Positions 1 through 11,677 of a stretch of DNA of 64,000 bases are shown here, in pieces. The DNA is from an uncultured Gemmatimonadales bacterium (GTDB lineage Bacteria > Gemmatimonadota > Gemmatimonadetes > Gemmatimonadales > GWC2-71-9): the NCBI GenBank assembly GCA_963695555.1, contig CAVOGR010000005.1, positions 32,001 to 96,000 of the forward strand. Direction: 5' to 3'. The translations under genes and the position numbers were made by a program. Under the pieces are notes generated by a model. The model did no database searches. It saw only the letters and a list, made by a program, of their open reading frames with translations, and was not told the DNA's origin. Each line of letters begins with the position of its first letter. The stretch's first letter is position 1.

Positions 1-274
1 GGATTTCACCGTGCCGACGCCCTATGGCGACGAAACGGTCTCCGTGCCGCCAGGTACCCAGGCCGAGACCGTGTTGCGGCTCCGCGGCAGCGGCCTCCCG
101 CATCTGGGTCGTGCCGGGAAAGGCGACTTGAACATCCGCGTCCATGTCTGGACTCCGGAGAAGCTCACCGCGGAACAGGAGGAGGTGTTCCAACGGCTGG
201 CGGCCCTCGAGGGCGAGCCTCCGAAGCGCGAGCCGGGCTTCTGGTCCAGACTCAAGGAGGCCCTCGGCGCATGA
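1..274 (+). CDS. dnaJ: Chaperone DnaJ, C-terminal part (runs off left edge)
   Basis: VPPGTQ..LRLRGSGLP..GDLNIRVHVWTPEKLT is typical DnaJ C-terminus; dnaJ-prmA-rsmE synteny. Confidence 0.9.
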   Translation, partial: DFTVPTPYGDETVSVPPGTQAETVLRLRGSGLPHLGRAGKGDLNIRVHVWTPEKLTAEQEEVFQRLAALEGEPPKREPGFWSRLKEALGA

Positions 275-1104
275 GCGGCTGGGCCATCGAGATCCGGGTC
301 CCGCCCGGATCGCGAGCGGCGACGGTAGTGCGACTGGTTGGGTGGACGGACTTGGCGGTCGAAGAGCGGCCCGACGGGACCCTCGTATCCTTCGCGCCGA
401 CGGCGGCGGAGACTGAGGCGCTGCTTGCCCGCCTCGAGGAATACGTTCCCAGCGGTCTCCAAACCACCTGCACGCACATCGAGACTACGGACTGGTCGCT
501 CCGCTGGCGTGACGGGCTGGCCCCGCGCCGAATCGGCCGCCTCATGATTGTTCCGTCGTGGTTGCATTCGGACAGCACGCCGGCCGACTTCACCGTCATC
601 CTCGATCCGGGTGGCGCCTTCGGGAGCGGCGAGCATGGCTCCACGCGCGGGGCAATCGGATTGTTGGAGCATCTGGTCCGGCCTGGTGCCGTGGTCTTAG
701 ATCTCGGTTCCGGAAGCGGCATCCTGGCGATTGCCGCACTCGCAATCGGGGCTCGCCGGGCAATCGGGATCGAGCTGGATGCCCAGGCCGTGGAGGTGGC
801 CGAAGCCAACGCCCGAATGAATGGCGTCGGGCACGCCGTGTCCTTCCTGACAGGGGACGCCCGAATGCTGGTCCCGTTGCTCGGCCCGGTCGATTGTGTG
901 GTCGCCAATATCCTCCGCACGGTGAACACTGCGCTCCTGCCAATCATTCACGGGTCCCTTCGGGCTGATGGAGTGGCAATTTTCTCGGGCATGGAAGTGG
1001 AGGAGGCGGACGAGTTCATGGCCGCGCTCGCTCATGCCCGGTTCGATGTGGTGGAACAGCGTACCGACGACGGCTGGTGGGCCGTGGCGGCCAAGCTCTT
1101 GTGA
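271..1104 (+). CDS. prmA: Ribosomal protein L11 methyltransferase
   Basis: LDPGGAFGSGEHGST, VLDLGSGSGILAIAA, VVANIL motifs. Confidence 0.93.
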   Translation: MSGWAIEIRVPPGSRAATVVRLVGWTDLAVEERPDGTLVSFAPTAAETEALLARLEEYVPSGLQTTCTHIETTDWSLRWRDGLAPRRIGRLMIVPSWLHSDSTPADFTVILDPGGAFGSGEHGSTRGAIGLLEHLVRPGAVVLDLGSGSGILAIAALAIGARRAIGIELDAQAVEVAEANARMNGVGHAVSFLTGDARMLVPLLGPVDCVVANILRTVNTALLPIIHGSLRADGVAIFSGMEVEEADEFMAALAHARFDVVEQRTDDGWWAVAAKLL

Positions 1105-1814
1105 AGACCGTCTTGGTTCCCGCCGACTCGCTGGTGGCCAACGGCACCGTGGTCCTTCAGGCGGAGGAACGCCAGCATCTTCGTGTGAGGCGGGCCGTGC
1201 ACGGGGAAGCGGTCCGAGTGTGTGACGGTCACGGCGTGGTGGCCGAAGGGCGATTCGAACTCGAAGGCCGTCGCGCGATCGTGGTGGTCGGGGCCGTGGA
1301 GCGCGTGCCGCCGCCGCCGCCGCTGGTACTGGCCGTGGCCGGCGGTGATCGGGAGCGCTTCGGCTGGCTGGTGGAGAAGTGCGTGGAGCTCGGCGCGACC
1401 GCGATCATCCCGCTCGATACGGAGCGCGGGCGCCACGTGGCCAATCGGCTCCGCCCGAGTCACATCGCCCGGCTGGCCCGCCGCGCCCGAGAGACCCTCA
1501 AGCAATGCCAGAGAGCGTGGGTACTGGAGATCGACCGAGTGACCCCGCTCGAAGAATTTTTGGCGACGCCGCGGCTGGGTAGCCGGTTCGTGGCAGATCG
1601 CGCCGGATCGTTACCCGCCGATATTCTGCTCGCGGACGCCGTCACGGTGGCTGTGGGGCCGGAAGGCGGGTTCACTGCCGAGGAGCTGGCCGGGTTCTCC
1701 GCCGCCGGGTTCCGGCCGGTGTGCTTCGGGACGGCGGTGCTCCGTTTTGAGACCGCGGCGATGGCAGCGGCCGCCTACGTCAGCATTGAGAGGAGAAGGG
1801 GGCACGATGAGTGA
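1101..1814 (+). CDS. rsmE: 16S rRNA m3U1498 methyltransferase
   Basis: HLRVRR, EKCVELG, VGPEGGF, VLRFETAA motifs; GTG start overlaps prmA stop. Confidence 0.93.
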   Translation: MKTVLVPADSLVANGTVVLQAEERQHLRVRRAVHGEAVRVCDGHGVVAEGRFELEGRRAIVVVGAVERVPPPPPLVLAVAGGDRERFGWLVEKCVELGATAIIPLDTERGRHVANRLRPSHIARLARRARETLKQCQRAWVLEIDRVTPLEEFLATPRLGSRFVADRAGSLPADILLADAVTVAVGPEGGFTAEELAGFSAAGFRPVCFGTAVLRFETAAMAAAAYVSIERRRGHDE

Positions 1815-2154
1815 CTGCGTCTTCTGTAAGATCGCCGACGGATCGATCCCCGCCGACATCGTCGCACGTGGCGATGACGCGGTGGCATTCCGGGACTTGG
1901 ATCCCAAGGCGCCGGTCCATGTGTTGGCCATTCCTACCCGCCACATCAGCGCGGTGCGCGACGTCTCCGGGGCTGATGGCGAGCGGATGCTTGGCTCCTT
2001 GCTCCGGTTTGCGGCCACCGTGGCCAGCGACCTCGGGCTCGACGACCGCGGCTACCGGTTGGTGGCCAACACGGGTCCGGACGGCGGCCAGAGCGTCCTT
2101 CATCTTCACGTGCACATCCTCGGGGGACGCCCAATGAGGTGGCCTCCCGGGTAG
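1807..2154 (+). CDS. Histidine triad (HIT) nucleotide-binding protein
   Basis: DCVFCKI N-terminus; [18 protein letters not shown] motif. Confidence 0.93.
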   Translation: MSDCVFCKIADGSIPADIVARGDDAVAFRDLDPKAPVHVLAIPTRHISAVRDVSGADGERMLGSLLRFAATVASDLGLDDRGYRLVANTGPDGGQSVLHLHVHILGGRPMRWPPG

Positions 2155-2258
2155 GCTCCGGCCCCGGATGGCCGTCCTTGCCCTGTGCGTTTGGCGGGCA
2201 TAAATTGCATGGCTACAACCATTTGCCCGTCAAGGGCATGAGAGGGGTGATAGGTCGC

Positions 2259-2465
2259 ATGGCTGAAGTCATCATTCACGATGACGAGAACTTCGAGCGG
2301 GCGCTCAAACGCTTCAAGAAGAAATGCGAAAAGGCCGGAATCCTCTCCGATCTTCGCAAGCACCGGCACTATGAGAAGCCGAGCGAGAAGCGGAAGCGCA
2401 AACTCAATGCCGCAATCCGGAAAAACCGCCGCGGGCCACGGGCACCACGTGCCGCCAGATCGTAG
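2259..2465 (+). CDS. rpsU: 30S ribosomal protein S21
   Basis: [12 protein letters not shown]...[12 protein letters not shown]. Confidence 0.96.
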   Translation: MAEVIIHDDENFERALKRFKKKCEKAGILSDLRKHRHYEKPSEKRKRKLNAAIRKNRRGPRAPRAARS

Positions 2466-2898
2466 TCTCGCGGAAACGCTCCAGGCCGCCCTCGCTACAT
2501 CTCGCAAAGCGCAGGAGAAGGATCGTACACTCCTCTTGGGTACGCTCCTAGCCGAGGTCAAGAACCGGCGCATCGAATTGCGCCGGGATCTCACCGAGGA
2601 TGAGGTCATCGATGTATTCCGCAAGGCCATCAAGATCCGGGATGATGCCGCCGGGCAGTATGAACAGGGCCGCCGCCCCGAGTTGGCCGAGAAGGAGCGG
2701 GCCGAGATCAAAATCATCGAGAGCTTCCTGCCACCGCCGCCCGACCCGGAGGAAATCCGAGCGGTCGTGCGGCAGGTCGTGGCAGCCGGGGCGACAGATC
2801 TCGGACGCGTCATGGGGCAAGTGATGCCGCAGTTCAAGGGACGGGTTGACGGGAGGGTCATCAACCGGATTGTGCGCGAGGAACTCGAGGCACGATGA
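2449..2898 (+). CDS. GatB/YqeY domain protein
   Basis: Follows rps[35 protein letters not shown]; start inferred at GTG 2449. Confidence 0.88.
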   Translation: MPPDRSLAETLQAALATSRKAQEKDRTLLLGTLLAEVKNRRIELRRDLTEDEVIDVFRKAIKIRDDAAGQYEQGRRPELAEKERAEIKIIESFLPPPPDPEEIRAVVRQVVAAGATDLGRVMGQVMPQFKGRVDGRVINRIVREELEAR

Positions 2899-5360
2899 TA
2901 CGGTCCGATGACGGTGGCGCATCACACGGGGTGCTGAGGTACGCGAATACCGGCACCCCGTTTCCTATTCCAGGGCCGGGAGTCGCCGCGGCTCTCGAGA
3001 CGCTCGAATTGCCTGAGGCGCTCGATCGGGTTGCGGAACATGCGGCTGGACCCATGGGACGCGCCGCCATACGGCGCCTCGTGCCGACCGCAGATGTCGA
3101 CTGGATCACCCGGGAACTCGGTTTGGTGGCGGAGCTCGCCGCGCTGCTCGAGCGCGGCGACGCACTTGCCGCCGACGCCGTTCCCGACCCCACCGATACG
3201 ATCGCGCGCGTGCGTGTCGATGGCAGCGTGCTCGATGGCAGCGAAGTAGCCCTCCTCCGGCGGCTTCTCTCCGCCGCACGAACGACCAGTGCAACCATCC
3301 AGCGCATCGCGCCCGATGCGCCGGGCGTCGCCGGGTTGCTCCGGCCGTTGCCGGCGACGGAACTCGATCGGACGCTCGACCGGGCCATCGACGAGCGCGG
3401 CGAAGTGCTGGACACCGCGAGTCGGGCCCTTGCCGCTGCACGTCGCGCCGTCCGCTCCGCGAGGAGCCGTCTGTTGCAGAAGCTCGAGCAGATGCTCAAC
3501 GGACTGGAAGGCGACACTGCGGAACGCGGGACCGTGACCATCCGCGCCGGCCGCTACGTCATTCCCGTGCGGCGCGACACGCGTCACCGACCTCCGGGCA
3601 TCATTCATGACGAATCCGCGAGCCAGGAAACACTGTTCGTCGAGCCTAGCGCAACAATCGAGTTGGGCAATGCCTTCCGAGAAGCTGAAGCAGCGGAGGA
3701 ACGCGAAGTCCTCCGGGTCCTGCGCGACCTGAGCCGCCTGCTCCGGGACGACGCCGACGGCCTCCAGAACGCCCTCGACATGGGAGTGGCCTTCGACGCG
3801 CTGGTGGCGCGGGCCAGGTACGCCGTGGCGGTCGGCGGACATCGCCCCGACCTGACGGCCGCCCCCGCCCCATTGACCGTCATCGACGCGCGTCATCCCC
3901 TCCTTCTCGATGGCACCATCGAAGTGGTACCCTGCTCGCTGTGCCTCGACGCGGGTGAGCGCACGGTGGTGGTGAGCGGGCCGAACGCCGGCGGGAAGAC
4001 CGTCGCTCTCAAGACGGTAGGATTGGTGGCCGCGATGACGCAGGCCGGCATCATCCCCCCGATCGGACCGGAGTCGCGCCTGCCGGTGTTTGGTGGGTTC
4101 TTCGTCGACATTGGCGACCATCAATCCATCGCCGCCAACCTGTCGACGTTCTCCGCCCACGTGCGCGCACTCAGGGACACTCTCGAACATGCCAATGATG
4201 CCTCACTCGTCCTGATCGATGAAATCGGGAGCGGCACGGATCCGGCGGAAGGCGCAGCGCTCGCTGAGGCTGCGCTTGGGGCGCTCACCCGGGCCGGCGC
4301 AACCACCCTCGCCAGCACGCACCTGGGCGCCCTCAAGCGGCTGGCCGAGACACTTCCCGGGGTGGTGAACGCGTCCCTCCAATTCGATCCGGAAACCGTC
4401 AGCCCGACCTATCGACTCGAGAAAGGAGTGCCCGGACGTTCCTACGGCATCGCCATCGCTCGGCGTCTGGGCTTGCCGGAAGCGCTGCTCCAGGAAGCGG
4501 AGAGCCACGTGCCCGCCGGGGAACGGGCGCTCGATGCCCTCTTGGCCGATCTCGAGTGGCGTGAGAAGAAACTTCGGGAGGCGGAGGAGGAAGTCTCGGC
4601 CCGGGCGGAGCGAATTGCGACCGATGAGCGGCGGCTGGCCGATCAGGCAGGTCGCCAAGACGAGCGCGAATCCGAGCTCGAGCGCCGGATGCGCGACGCC
4701 GAGCGTGAGGGTCGCTCACAGGCGCGGAGCTACTTGCTGGAGGCTCGCCGCCGGGTGGAGGAAGCGTTGGCGCTCGCACGAGCTGCTGTCGGCGAAGCGA
4801 CCGCACGCGAGGCGCGCCGGTTGGTTGAAGAAGGTGTCCGCCAGGAATCGCAGGCCGTGAAGCAATCCGAAGCGATCGCGCGATCGGGCGGCGGAGTGGC
4901 TCATCCGGACGCACTCGATATCGGCACCCGAGTGGAGCTGGTCGATGGCACGGTGGGCGAGGTCGTGGGGAGCCGGTCGGATGGCCGCCTGGAACTCCGG
5001 GTGGGCGCAATGCGCCTCGTCGTGGACACAACTCAGGTGGCGGGCGCGGTCGAGGAGAAGCGAGTGGCGGCCCCGCGAACGTCCACGACTTTCTCACGCC
5101 AGGCCGAGACTGGCGCCGTGCTGGACCTCGATCTTCGGGGCATGACGGGAGACGAGGCCGAGGCGGCGACGCTTGCCGCCATCGATCGGGCCATCCTGGC
5201 GGACCAGCCGTATCTTCGGATCATTCACGGCAAGGGCACCGGCGTGGTGCGAGACCGCGTGCTCCACGTCGTCTCCGCAGACAGACGCGTTGCCCGCCAG
5301 CAGTTTGCCACGCGAGAGGCCGGCGGGACCGGGGTGACGATCGTGGAGTTCACACCGTGA
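2895..5360 (+). CDS. mutS2: Endonuclease MutS2 (MutS ATPase + Smr domain)
   Basis: SGPNAGGKT Walker A, DIGDHQSI..LSTFSAH, LIDEIGSGTDP, C-terminal LDLRG..IIHGKGTG Smr domain. Confidence 0.94.
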   Translation: MIRSDDGGASHGVLRYANTGTPFPIPGPGVAAALETLELPEALDRVAEHAAGPMGRAAIRRLVPTADVDWITRELGLVAELAALLERGDALAADAVPDPTDTIARVRVDGSVLDGSEVALLRRLLSAARTTSATIQRIAPDAPGVAGLLRPLPATELDRTLDRAIDERGEVLDTASRALAAARRAVRSARSRLLQKLEQMLNGLEGDTAERGTVTIRAGRYVIPVRRDTRHRPPGIIHDESASQETLFVEPSATIELGNAFREAEAAEEREVLRVLRDLSRLLRDDADGLQNALDMGVAFDALVARARYAVAVGGHRPDLTAAPAPLTVIDARHPLLLDGTIEVVPCSLCLDAGERTVVVSGPNAGGKTVALKTVGLVAAMTQAGIIPPIGPESRLPVFGGFFVDIGDHQSIAANLSTFSAHVRALRDTLEHANDASLVLIDEIGSGTDPAEGAALAEAALGALTRAGATTLASTHLGALKRLAETLPGVVNASLQFDPETVSPTYRLEKGVPGRSYGIAIARRLGLPEALLQEAESHVPAGERALDALLADLEWREKKLREAEEEVSARAERIATDERRLADQAGRQDERESELERRMRDAEREGRSQARSYLLEARRRVEEALALARAAVGEATAREARRLVEEGVRQESQAVKQSEAIARSGGGVAHPDALDIGTRVELVDGTVGEVVGSRSDGRLELRVGAMRLVVDTTQVAGAVEEKRVAAPRTSTTFSRQAETGAVLDLDLRGMTGDEAEAATLAAIDRAILADQPYLRIIHGKGTGVVRDRVLHVVSADRRVARQQFATREAGGTGVTIVEFTP

Positions 5361-7177
5361 GCATGATCCCCGATGAAGTGGTCGAGCAGGTCCGCGACAG
5401 CGCCGATCTCGTGGCGATCATCGGTGAGTCGGTTACGCTCAAGCGAACCGGATCAGACTATCGGGGCCCGTGTCCGTTCCATGGCGGGACGCACCGCAAC
5501 TTTGCCGTCATCCCAAAGAAGGGCCTGTTCTACTGTTACGTCTGTCACGCCGGCGGCGATGTCTTCTCCTACTTGATGAAACGCTTCGGCCTGGACTATC
5601 CCACCGCCATCCGAGACGTCGCGCGTCGGGTGGGCGTGGTCATTCCCGAAAGCTCCGGCCCGGCCGCGCCCGACCCGCGCGAGCCGCTCTTCAGCGCTCT
5701 CACGGTAGCCCAGGAGTGGTACACCGGTCAGCTGATCGAGTCTGCGGACGGCAAGGTCGCGCGGAGCTATCTCGAGCGGCGGGAGCTGTCCCTCGATGGG
5801 CTGGCGCCGTACGGATTGGGATATGCGCCACGCGGCAACGCCTTTGTGCGTGCCATGACGGAGTTGGGTATTGCGGAATCGGTGCTGATCGAGGCCGGCC
5901 TACTGGTGCGTCGGGACGACGGGAGGATCGTGGCGCGGTTTCGCGACCGCCTGTTGTTTCCCATCGCGGATGGCCGTGGCCGGGTGGTCGGGTTCGGTGG
6001 GCGGATCCTAGGCCGCGGAGAGCCGAAGTATCTCAACTCTCCCGATACCGATGTGTTCCACAAGGGCCGGCTGCTGTACAACCTGCATTTCGCTAAGAAC
6101 GCCATCCGCAAAGCGGATGAGGTCCTGCTGGTGGAAGGGTATTTCGACGTACTCCGCCTCGTCCTGGCGGGATTCGAGCACGTGGTCGCACCACTCGGCA
6201 CGGCGCTCACGGCCGATCAGGCAACGATCCTCAAGCGCTATGCACCCAAAGCGATTCTGCTGTACGACAGCGACAGCGCGGGCCTTCGCGCCACGTTCCG
6301 CGCGGCGGACGAGTTGTTACGGCACAAGATGCGGGTCCACGTGGCCACCCTACCAACCGGCCAGGACCCCGATTCACTGGTCCAGGTGGGGGGCAAAGAC
6401 GCCCTCGAAGACGTGTTGCGCGATGCCACGGATGTGCTCGAACGGAAGATCCAGTTGCTCGAGCGCAAGGGCTGGTTCGAGAACGTGGCGCACCGCCGTG
6501 CCGCGATCGACCGGTTGTTACCGACCCTCCGCGCCACGGCCGACCCGATCGAGCGGGAACTCTACCTGACGCGGGTGGCGGAAAAGAGCGGCATCAGCAA
6601 GGATGTCCTGGCGCAGGAAGTTGCCCGGACCCCGGCCGTCGGCGCGCCGCCGCGATCCGAAACGGTCGCGCCGGGGCGGCGCGCCCCGCAAGCGGCCGGA
6701 CGGCGCGATGGCGAGTCGGCCGAGCGTGCCTTGCTCCGGGTCATTCTGCATGATCCAACGTGGTTGGAGCGGGCTCGACAAGACGTGCGACCGGAGTGGT
6801 TTGAGGGCACCGCGCTGCGTGAACTGTTCGAGAGTCTCAGCGGTGCGGGAGGGGAGCGGGGGCAGGGCGAGGTGCCACCGGGGCTATCTGAGGGCGCGGC
6901 CCGGCTCTGGGCCGAGCTCAAGGCGCTCGAGTCCGAACTTGCCCAGCAAGACGTCGACGACCTATTCGTGCGCAGTTGCCAGGTCTTGGAGGCGCGTCCG
7001 CTCTTCCGAGAGTTCGAGCGGCTCACAAGTCAAATCCGGAATGCGCCGGAAGAGGAAAAAGGCGCGTTGCTGACCCAGCATCAGACCCGGAAGCAGGAAC
7101 TCGAAGCGCGCTTCCCCGGCGAGTGGTATCGGCGCCACTTCCGCCGCACCGTGTCGCGGCGGCGGACCACGCCCTGA
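5357..7177 (+). CDS. dnaG: DNA primase
   Basis: CPFH..CYVC zinc finger, PKYLNSPDT, VEGYFDV, YDSDSAG Toprim motifs. Confidence 0.96.
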   Translation: MSMIPDEVVEQVRDSADLVAIIGESVTLKRTGSDYRGPCPFHGGTHRNFAVIPKKGLFYCYVCHAGGDVFSYLMKRFGLDYPTAIRDVARRVGVVIPESSGPAAPDPREPLFSALTVAQEWYTGQLIESADGKVARSYLERRELSLDGLAPYGLGYAPRGNAFVRAMTELGIAESVLIEAGLLVRRDDGRIVARFRDRLLFPIADGRGRVVGFGGRILGRGEPKYLNSPDTDVFHKGRLLYNLHFAKNAIRKADEVLLVEGYFDVLRLVLAGFEHVVAPLGTALTADQATILKRYAPKAILLYDSDSAGLRATFRAADELLRHKMRVHVATLPTGQDPDSLVQVGGKDALEDVLRDATDVLERKIQLLERKGWFENVAHRRAAIDRLLPTLRATADPIERELYLTRVAEKSGISKDVLAQEVARTPAVGAPPRSETVAPGRRAPQAAGRRDGESAERALLRVILHDPTWLERARQDVRPEWFEGTALRELFESLSGAGGERGQGEVPPGLSEGAARLWAELKALESELAQQDVDDLFVRSCQVLEARPLFREFERLTSQIRNAPEEEKGALLTQHQTRKQELEARFPGEWYRRHFRRTVSRRRTTP

Positions 7178-7225
7178 ATGTGTACGTCGTTGGAATGATT
7201 GTCTGTGCAGTGAAAAGGAGTACTC

Positions 7226-7939
7226 ATGCATCCTGATCTCGTGAAATTGTTGGATCTGCAGTCCAAGGACTTGGCCTTATTGGAAATCGACACCCGGCTG
7301 GCGGATGTGGCCGAGATGACCGCCACGTTGGATCGGGCCGTGGAGGTGGCGGAGCACGGGGTCTCCGCGGCGGCACGCGCGGTTGCCGATGCCATTCAGC
7401 GTCGGGCCGAGTTGGAAGCCAAGATCGAAACCTACCGCGTCCAGCAGGAGCGTCGCCGGCAAGCCATCGAGATGACGCACCCCGGCAAACGGGCCGCCAC
7501 CCTCATGGCCGAACTGGATCTTGCCCGTTCCGTGCTGGCACAGGAGGAGAGCGAGTGGGTGAGGCTGTCCGACCAGGTCACGAGCCTGGAGGCGAAGGTC
7601 ACCGAGGGGGAAGCCGGTCTCGATGCCTTGCGCGAGGAACAGGTTCCCGAGCGGGCCAGCCTGGGAGCGCAGGAGGACGACATCCATGCCGAGCGCAACG
7701 CCGCCCTCAAGGTACGGGCCGAGTGCGCGGCACAAGTCGATAAGCGCTTGCTCACCCGATATGATCGTTTGCGCCAGAATCGGTCGCCGCAAGTGGTGGT
7801 GCAGATGAGCGGCGCTGCGTGCGGATCCTGTTTCACTGCGGTGCCGCTCCACCGTCGCTCGCTCATCAAGAGCGGCGCGGTGGTGGAAGGATGCGAGGTG
7901 TGCGGCGTCATTCTCTACATTCCGGAGGACGAGCAGTAG
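7226..7939 (+). CDS. Coiled-coil protein with C-terminal C4 zinc ribbon (DUF164-like)
   Basis: Long coiled coil, then CGSC..CEVCGVIL; AAGGAG RBS upstream. Confidence 0.85.
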   Translation: MHPDLVKLLDLQSKDLALLEIDTRLADVAEMTATLDRAVEVAEHGVSAAARAVADAIQRRAELEAKIETYRVQQERRRQAIEMTHPGKRAATLMAELDLARSVLAQEESEWVRLSDQVTSLEAKVTEGEAGLDALREEQVPERASLGAQEDDIHAERNAALKVRAECAAQVDKRLLTRYDRLRQNRSPQVVVQMSGAACGSCFTAVPLHRRSLIKSGAVVEGCEVCGVILYIPEDEQ

Positions 7940-7970
7940 GCGGGCGGGGCGCGTCTATTTATCCTCCAGT

Positions 7971-9733
7971 ATGACGGACTTGTTCGCTCCGCCGCCGGTC
8001 GAGTGGATGGTGGCACCGGCCCCAGATTGGGCAGAGGCAGAGGCCCTTGCCAAGGGGCTCGGCATTCCGTCGCCGCTCGCCGCGCTCCTACTGCAGCGCG
8101 GGTTTGACACTCCGGAATCCGCCCGAACCTTTCTCAAGCCGTCACTCGACCAACTCACCAACCCGCTGGCTCTCGCCGGTATGGCGGAAGCCGTGGACGT
8201 GATCGCGGACACCGTCGCCGCCGGCCACCCCATCATGGTGCACGGCGACTACGACGTCGACGGCCAGTGTGGGGCGGCGCTCCTGACCCGAGCACTCGGG
8301 GCCGCCGGTGCTCAGGTTGTGCCGTTCGTTCCCCATCGCACCCGCGACGGCTACGACTTTGGACCGGCCGGCGTAGCGGCGGCGGCGGAAGCGGGTGTTG
8401 CGCTCATCGTGACATGCGACTGCGGAATCACGGCCGGTGCGGCCGTCGAGCAGGCCCGATCTCAAGGCATCGGTGTGGTCATCACCGACCACCATCTTCC
8501 CGGACCTGAGTTGCCGGACGCGGCAGCCGTGGTCGATCCTCAGCGGCCGGACGACCGATCCGACACCGGCTATCTCTGTGGCTCCGGGGTGGCCTTCAAG
8601 CTGGTGCAGGCCCTGGTGCCACGGCTCGGTCTCCCGGCCAACTTGCCGTTTCATCTGCTCGATTACGTGGCACTGGCCACCGTCGCCGACATCGTCCCCC
8701 TGGTGGGGGAAAACCGGGCGCTGGTGCGCGCATGGCCTCAAAGTCCTGGCCGACAGCCGGTGGCCCGGACTTCGAGCCCTGGTCGCCTCGGCGGGTCTCG
8801 CCGGTGGGGACATTCGGGCCGGTCATCTGGGGTTCATCCTCGGACCGCGACTCAATGCGGTGGGCCGAATCGGAGAGGCCAAGGACGGGCTCCAGCTGCT
8901 GGTGACGGATGACGAGGCGGAAGCCGAGCGCCTTGCCCGGCGCCTCGAGGCAATCAACCTGGAGCGGCAAGCCATGGATCAGCGGATCCTCGGTGAAGCT
9001 CTCGACATGGTTGAGCGCGAGGTCGACCCGGATCGGGATTACGGCCTGGTCCTGGCGGCGGAGGGGTGGCACGCCGGCGTCGTCGGGATCGTGGCGTCCC
9101 GCGTGGTGGAGCGCTATGGCGGCCCGCCTTTCTGGTGGCGCTGGACGGGCGAAACCGGGAAGGGCTCCGGCCGGAGCATCGCCAGGTTCGACTTGCACGC
9201 GGCGCTTCAGGATTGCGGTGATCTGCTCGATCGGTTCGGGGGCCATCGCATGGCAGCCGGGCTGACGATTCAGCGCGCCCGCCTGGCCGAGTTCCGCGAG
9301 CGGTTTGCGGCGGTGGCGCGCGAGCGATTGACGGCGGCCGATCTCGGACCCAGGCAGCGCGTCGATCTCGTCATCGAGCTTTCCGACGTCGACCGACGCC
9401 CTCGAGCGGTTATGCCGCCACCTCGAGCCGTGCGGTATGGGCAATCCGGGGCCCGTGTTTGCCGCCCGCAACGTTCGACTCGAAGAGGCGCGGATGGTGG
9501 GCAACGGTCATCTGAAGGCGATCCTCCGAGCCCCTGGTGGGCGGCTCGATGCGATCGGTTTCAGATGGGCCGACGGCCTGCCTGAGGCTGGCTCCACGAC
9601 CGTGGATGTTGCGTTCAAGCTCGATCGGAACGAGTATCGGGGGCGAAGCACGCTTCAAGCCCGCCTCGTCGCCATGGGCCCGACCTCTGCCGAGAGTTCC
9701 AAAGTGACGACTTCCCCTCAACGACATGGCTAG
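7971..9733 (+). CDS. recJ: ssDNA exonuclease RecJ (split across three frames by apparent indels)
   Basis: HGDYDVDG, TDHH, ATVADIVPL in first frame; GPRLNAVGR, GSGRS, GGHRMAAG in second; GNPGPVF..HLK in third; shifts near 8725 and 9395. Confidence 0.9.
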
Positions 9734-9736
9734 ACG

Positions 9737-10252
9737 GTGCGCATCATTGCCGGGACGTTTCGGGGGCGTCGCCTCGCCGCACCGCGCGGCCGGCGAGTCC
9801 GGCCCACCAGCGGCCGCGTTCGGGAAGCGTGGATGAGCATTCTCGGCGAGCACCTGGTGGGAGCGAGGGTGCTCGACCTCTTCGCGGGGAGCGGTGCGCT
9901 GGGGCTCGAGGCGCTGTCGCGCGGCGCGGCCTCCGTCACCTTCGTGGAATGTGAGGGCGCGGCGGTGCGCGCGCTTCGCACCAACATCGCCAGCCTCGGC
10001 GTGGAGGAGCGTGCTACCATCCACCGCGGAGACTCCATGAGCGTTGCCCGACGGCTCGGCCCGGGGTCGTATGATGTGGTCTTGGCCGATCCACCATATG
10101 GCGAAAAAGCCGCGACGGAACTCGTGCGCCTCTTCCGCCGAGCCCCATTTGCGCGCATTCTTTCCGTCGAACATGCTGCGGACGAGAGCGTCGAGGGTGA
10201 TGCCACGCGGCGCTATGGATCGACTGCCATCACATTCTGCTACGCGCCATGA
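9737..10252 (+). CDS. rsmD: 16S rRNA m2G966 methyltransferase
   Basis: MRIIAG..RPT, LDLFAGSGALGLEALSRGA, ADPPY. Confidence 0.95.
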   Translation: MRIIAGTFRGRRLAAPRGRRVRPTSGRVREAWMSILGEHLVGARVLDLFAGSGALGLEALSRGAASVTFVECEGAAVRALRTNIASLGVEERATIHRGDSMSVARRLGPGSYDVVLADPPYGEKAATELVRLFRRAPFARILSVEHAADESVEGDATRRYGSTAITFCYAP

Positions 10253-10731
10253 AACGCATTGGACTATACCCCGGGTCGTTTGACCCGCCCACCAAAGGCC
10301 ATGAGGATCTGATTCGTCGGAGCCTCACGCTGTGCGACCGGCTGGTCGTGGCCGTGGCCGCGAACGGGTCAAAGGACGCGCTGTTTACCCCGGACGAGCG
10401 ATTGGCCATGCTGCGTGGCGCCGTGGGGGAGCAGCCGAATGTGTCTTTCCGCGCCTTCGACGGGCTGCTTGCCGATCTGGCCCGTGAGATCGATGCCTCG
10501 ATCATCATTCGCGGACTGCGGGCCGTGAGTGATTTCGAGTATGAATTCCAAATGGCCCTGATGAACCGGCAGCTGCACCCAGGCCTAGAAACGGTCTTCC
10601 TGGTCGCGGCGCTCGACCTGACCTACCTCAGTTCCAGCCTCGTCCGCGAGATCGCGCGGCTCAACGGCGACGTGAGTACCTTCGTGCACCCGGTGGTCGC
10701 GGATGCGCTCACGCGGCGATTTGCCCGATGA
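10249..10731 (+). CDS. coaD: Phosphopantetheine adenylyltransferase
   Basis: [32 protein letters not shown]. Confidence 0.97.
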   Translation: MKRIGLYPGSFDPPTKGHEDLIRRSLTLCDRLVVAVAANGSKDALFTPDERLAMLRGAVGEQPNVSFRAFDGLLADLAREIDASIIIRGLRAVSDFEYEFQMALMNRQLHPGLETVFLVAALDLTYLSSSLVREIARLNGDVSTFVHPVVADALTRRFAR

Positions 10732-11666
10732 GTTTCCGCGCCGCACTCCGATCCCGGGCCACGCGCGCGGGGGTGCGACTGGTCTTCGCCGAGGGGGGCG
10801 ATCCTCGGATTCAGGCAGCCGCCAAGGCCGTTGAGGACCTTGGGATCGCGCATCCCATCATCATTGGCGGACCGGCTGGCATCGACCCGGTTTCCGATTC
10901 CCGGGCGAGCAGCGTGGCGGAGCATCTCAGGGCCAGCCGACCGGACGCGGTGCGTGACGCAGTCCATGCCCTCGATCTCGCGGCGGAACCGGTGCTCTTC
11001 GCGGCAAGCCTCGTTGCGTTGGGGGAGGCCGATGGCTGTGTCGCCGGGGCGGTGCATACCACGGGAGATGTGGTGCGTGCCGCCCTGTGGGGGATTGGCG
11101 TCGCTCCCGATCATGGCCTGGTGAGTTCAGCGTTCTATATGGTCTTTCCGGACGACACCGTGCTGACCTTTACCGACTGCGCCGTGGTGCCCAACCCCAG
11201 CGCGGAGGAACTGGCTCACATTGCCCTTGCCGCCGCGCGGGATAGGCCGAGGCTGGTCGGTGATTCGCCACGGGTCGCATTTCTTTCGTTCAGCACCAAG
11301 GGCAGCGCTGACACGCCACAGGTGGAGCGGGTCCGGGAGGCGGTGAGCCTGTTCCGCGATCTTGCACCCGGCATCCCCTGCGACGGGGAGTTGCAAGGTG
11401 ACGCGGCGCTCGTGCCCGATGTTGCGGCGCGCAAGGCGCCGCAGTCGGCCGTGGCGGGGCGCGCCAACGTGCTCGTCTTTCCGAACCTGGATGCCGGCAA
11501 CATCGCGTACAAATTGGTCCAGCGACTGGGCCACGCCACAGCCCTCGGTCCTCTCTTGCAAGGCTTGGCCCGGCCCATGGCGGATCTGTCGCGAGGAGCA
11601 ACCGTGGATGATATTGTGGAGATTGCGGCGTTGGTCTCGCTCCAGACCGGTCCTACGAGCACCTGA
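10728..11666 (+). CDS. pta: Phosphate acetyltransferase
   Basis: [38 protein letters not shown]. Confidence 0.92.
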   Translation: MSFRAALRSRATRAGVRLVFAEGGDPRIQAAAKAVEDLGIAHPIIIGGPAGIDPVSDSRASSVAEHLRASRPDAVRDAVHALDLAAEPVLFAASLVALGEADGCVAGAVHTTGDVVRAALWGIGVAPDHGLVSSAFYMVFPDDTVLTFTDCAVVPNPSAEELAHIALAAARDRPRLVGDSPRVAFLSFSTKGSADTPQVERVREAVSLFRDLAPGIPCDGELQGDAALVPDVAARKAPQSAVAGRANVLVFPNLDAGNIAYKLVQRLGHATALGPLLQGLARPMADLSRGATVDDIVEIAALVSLQTGPTST

Positions 11667-11677
11667 GGGAGGATGTG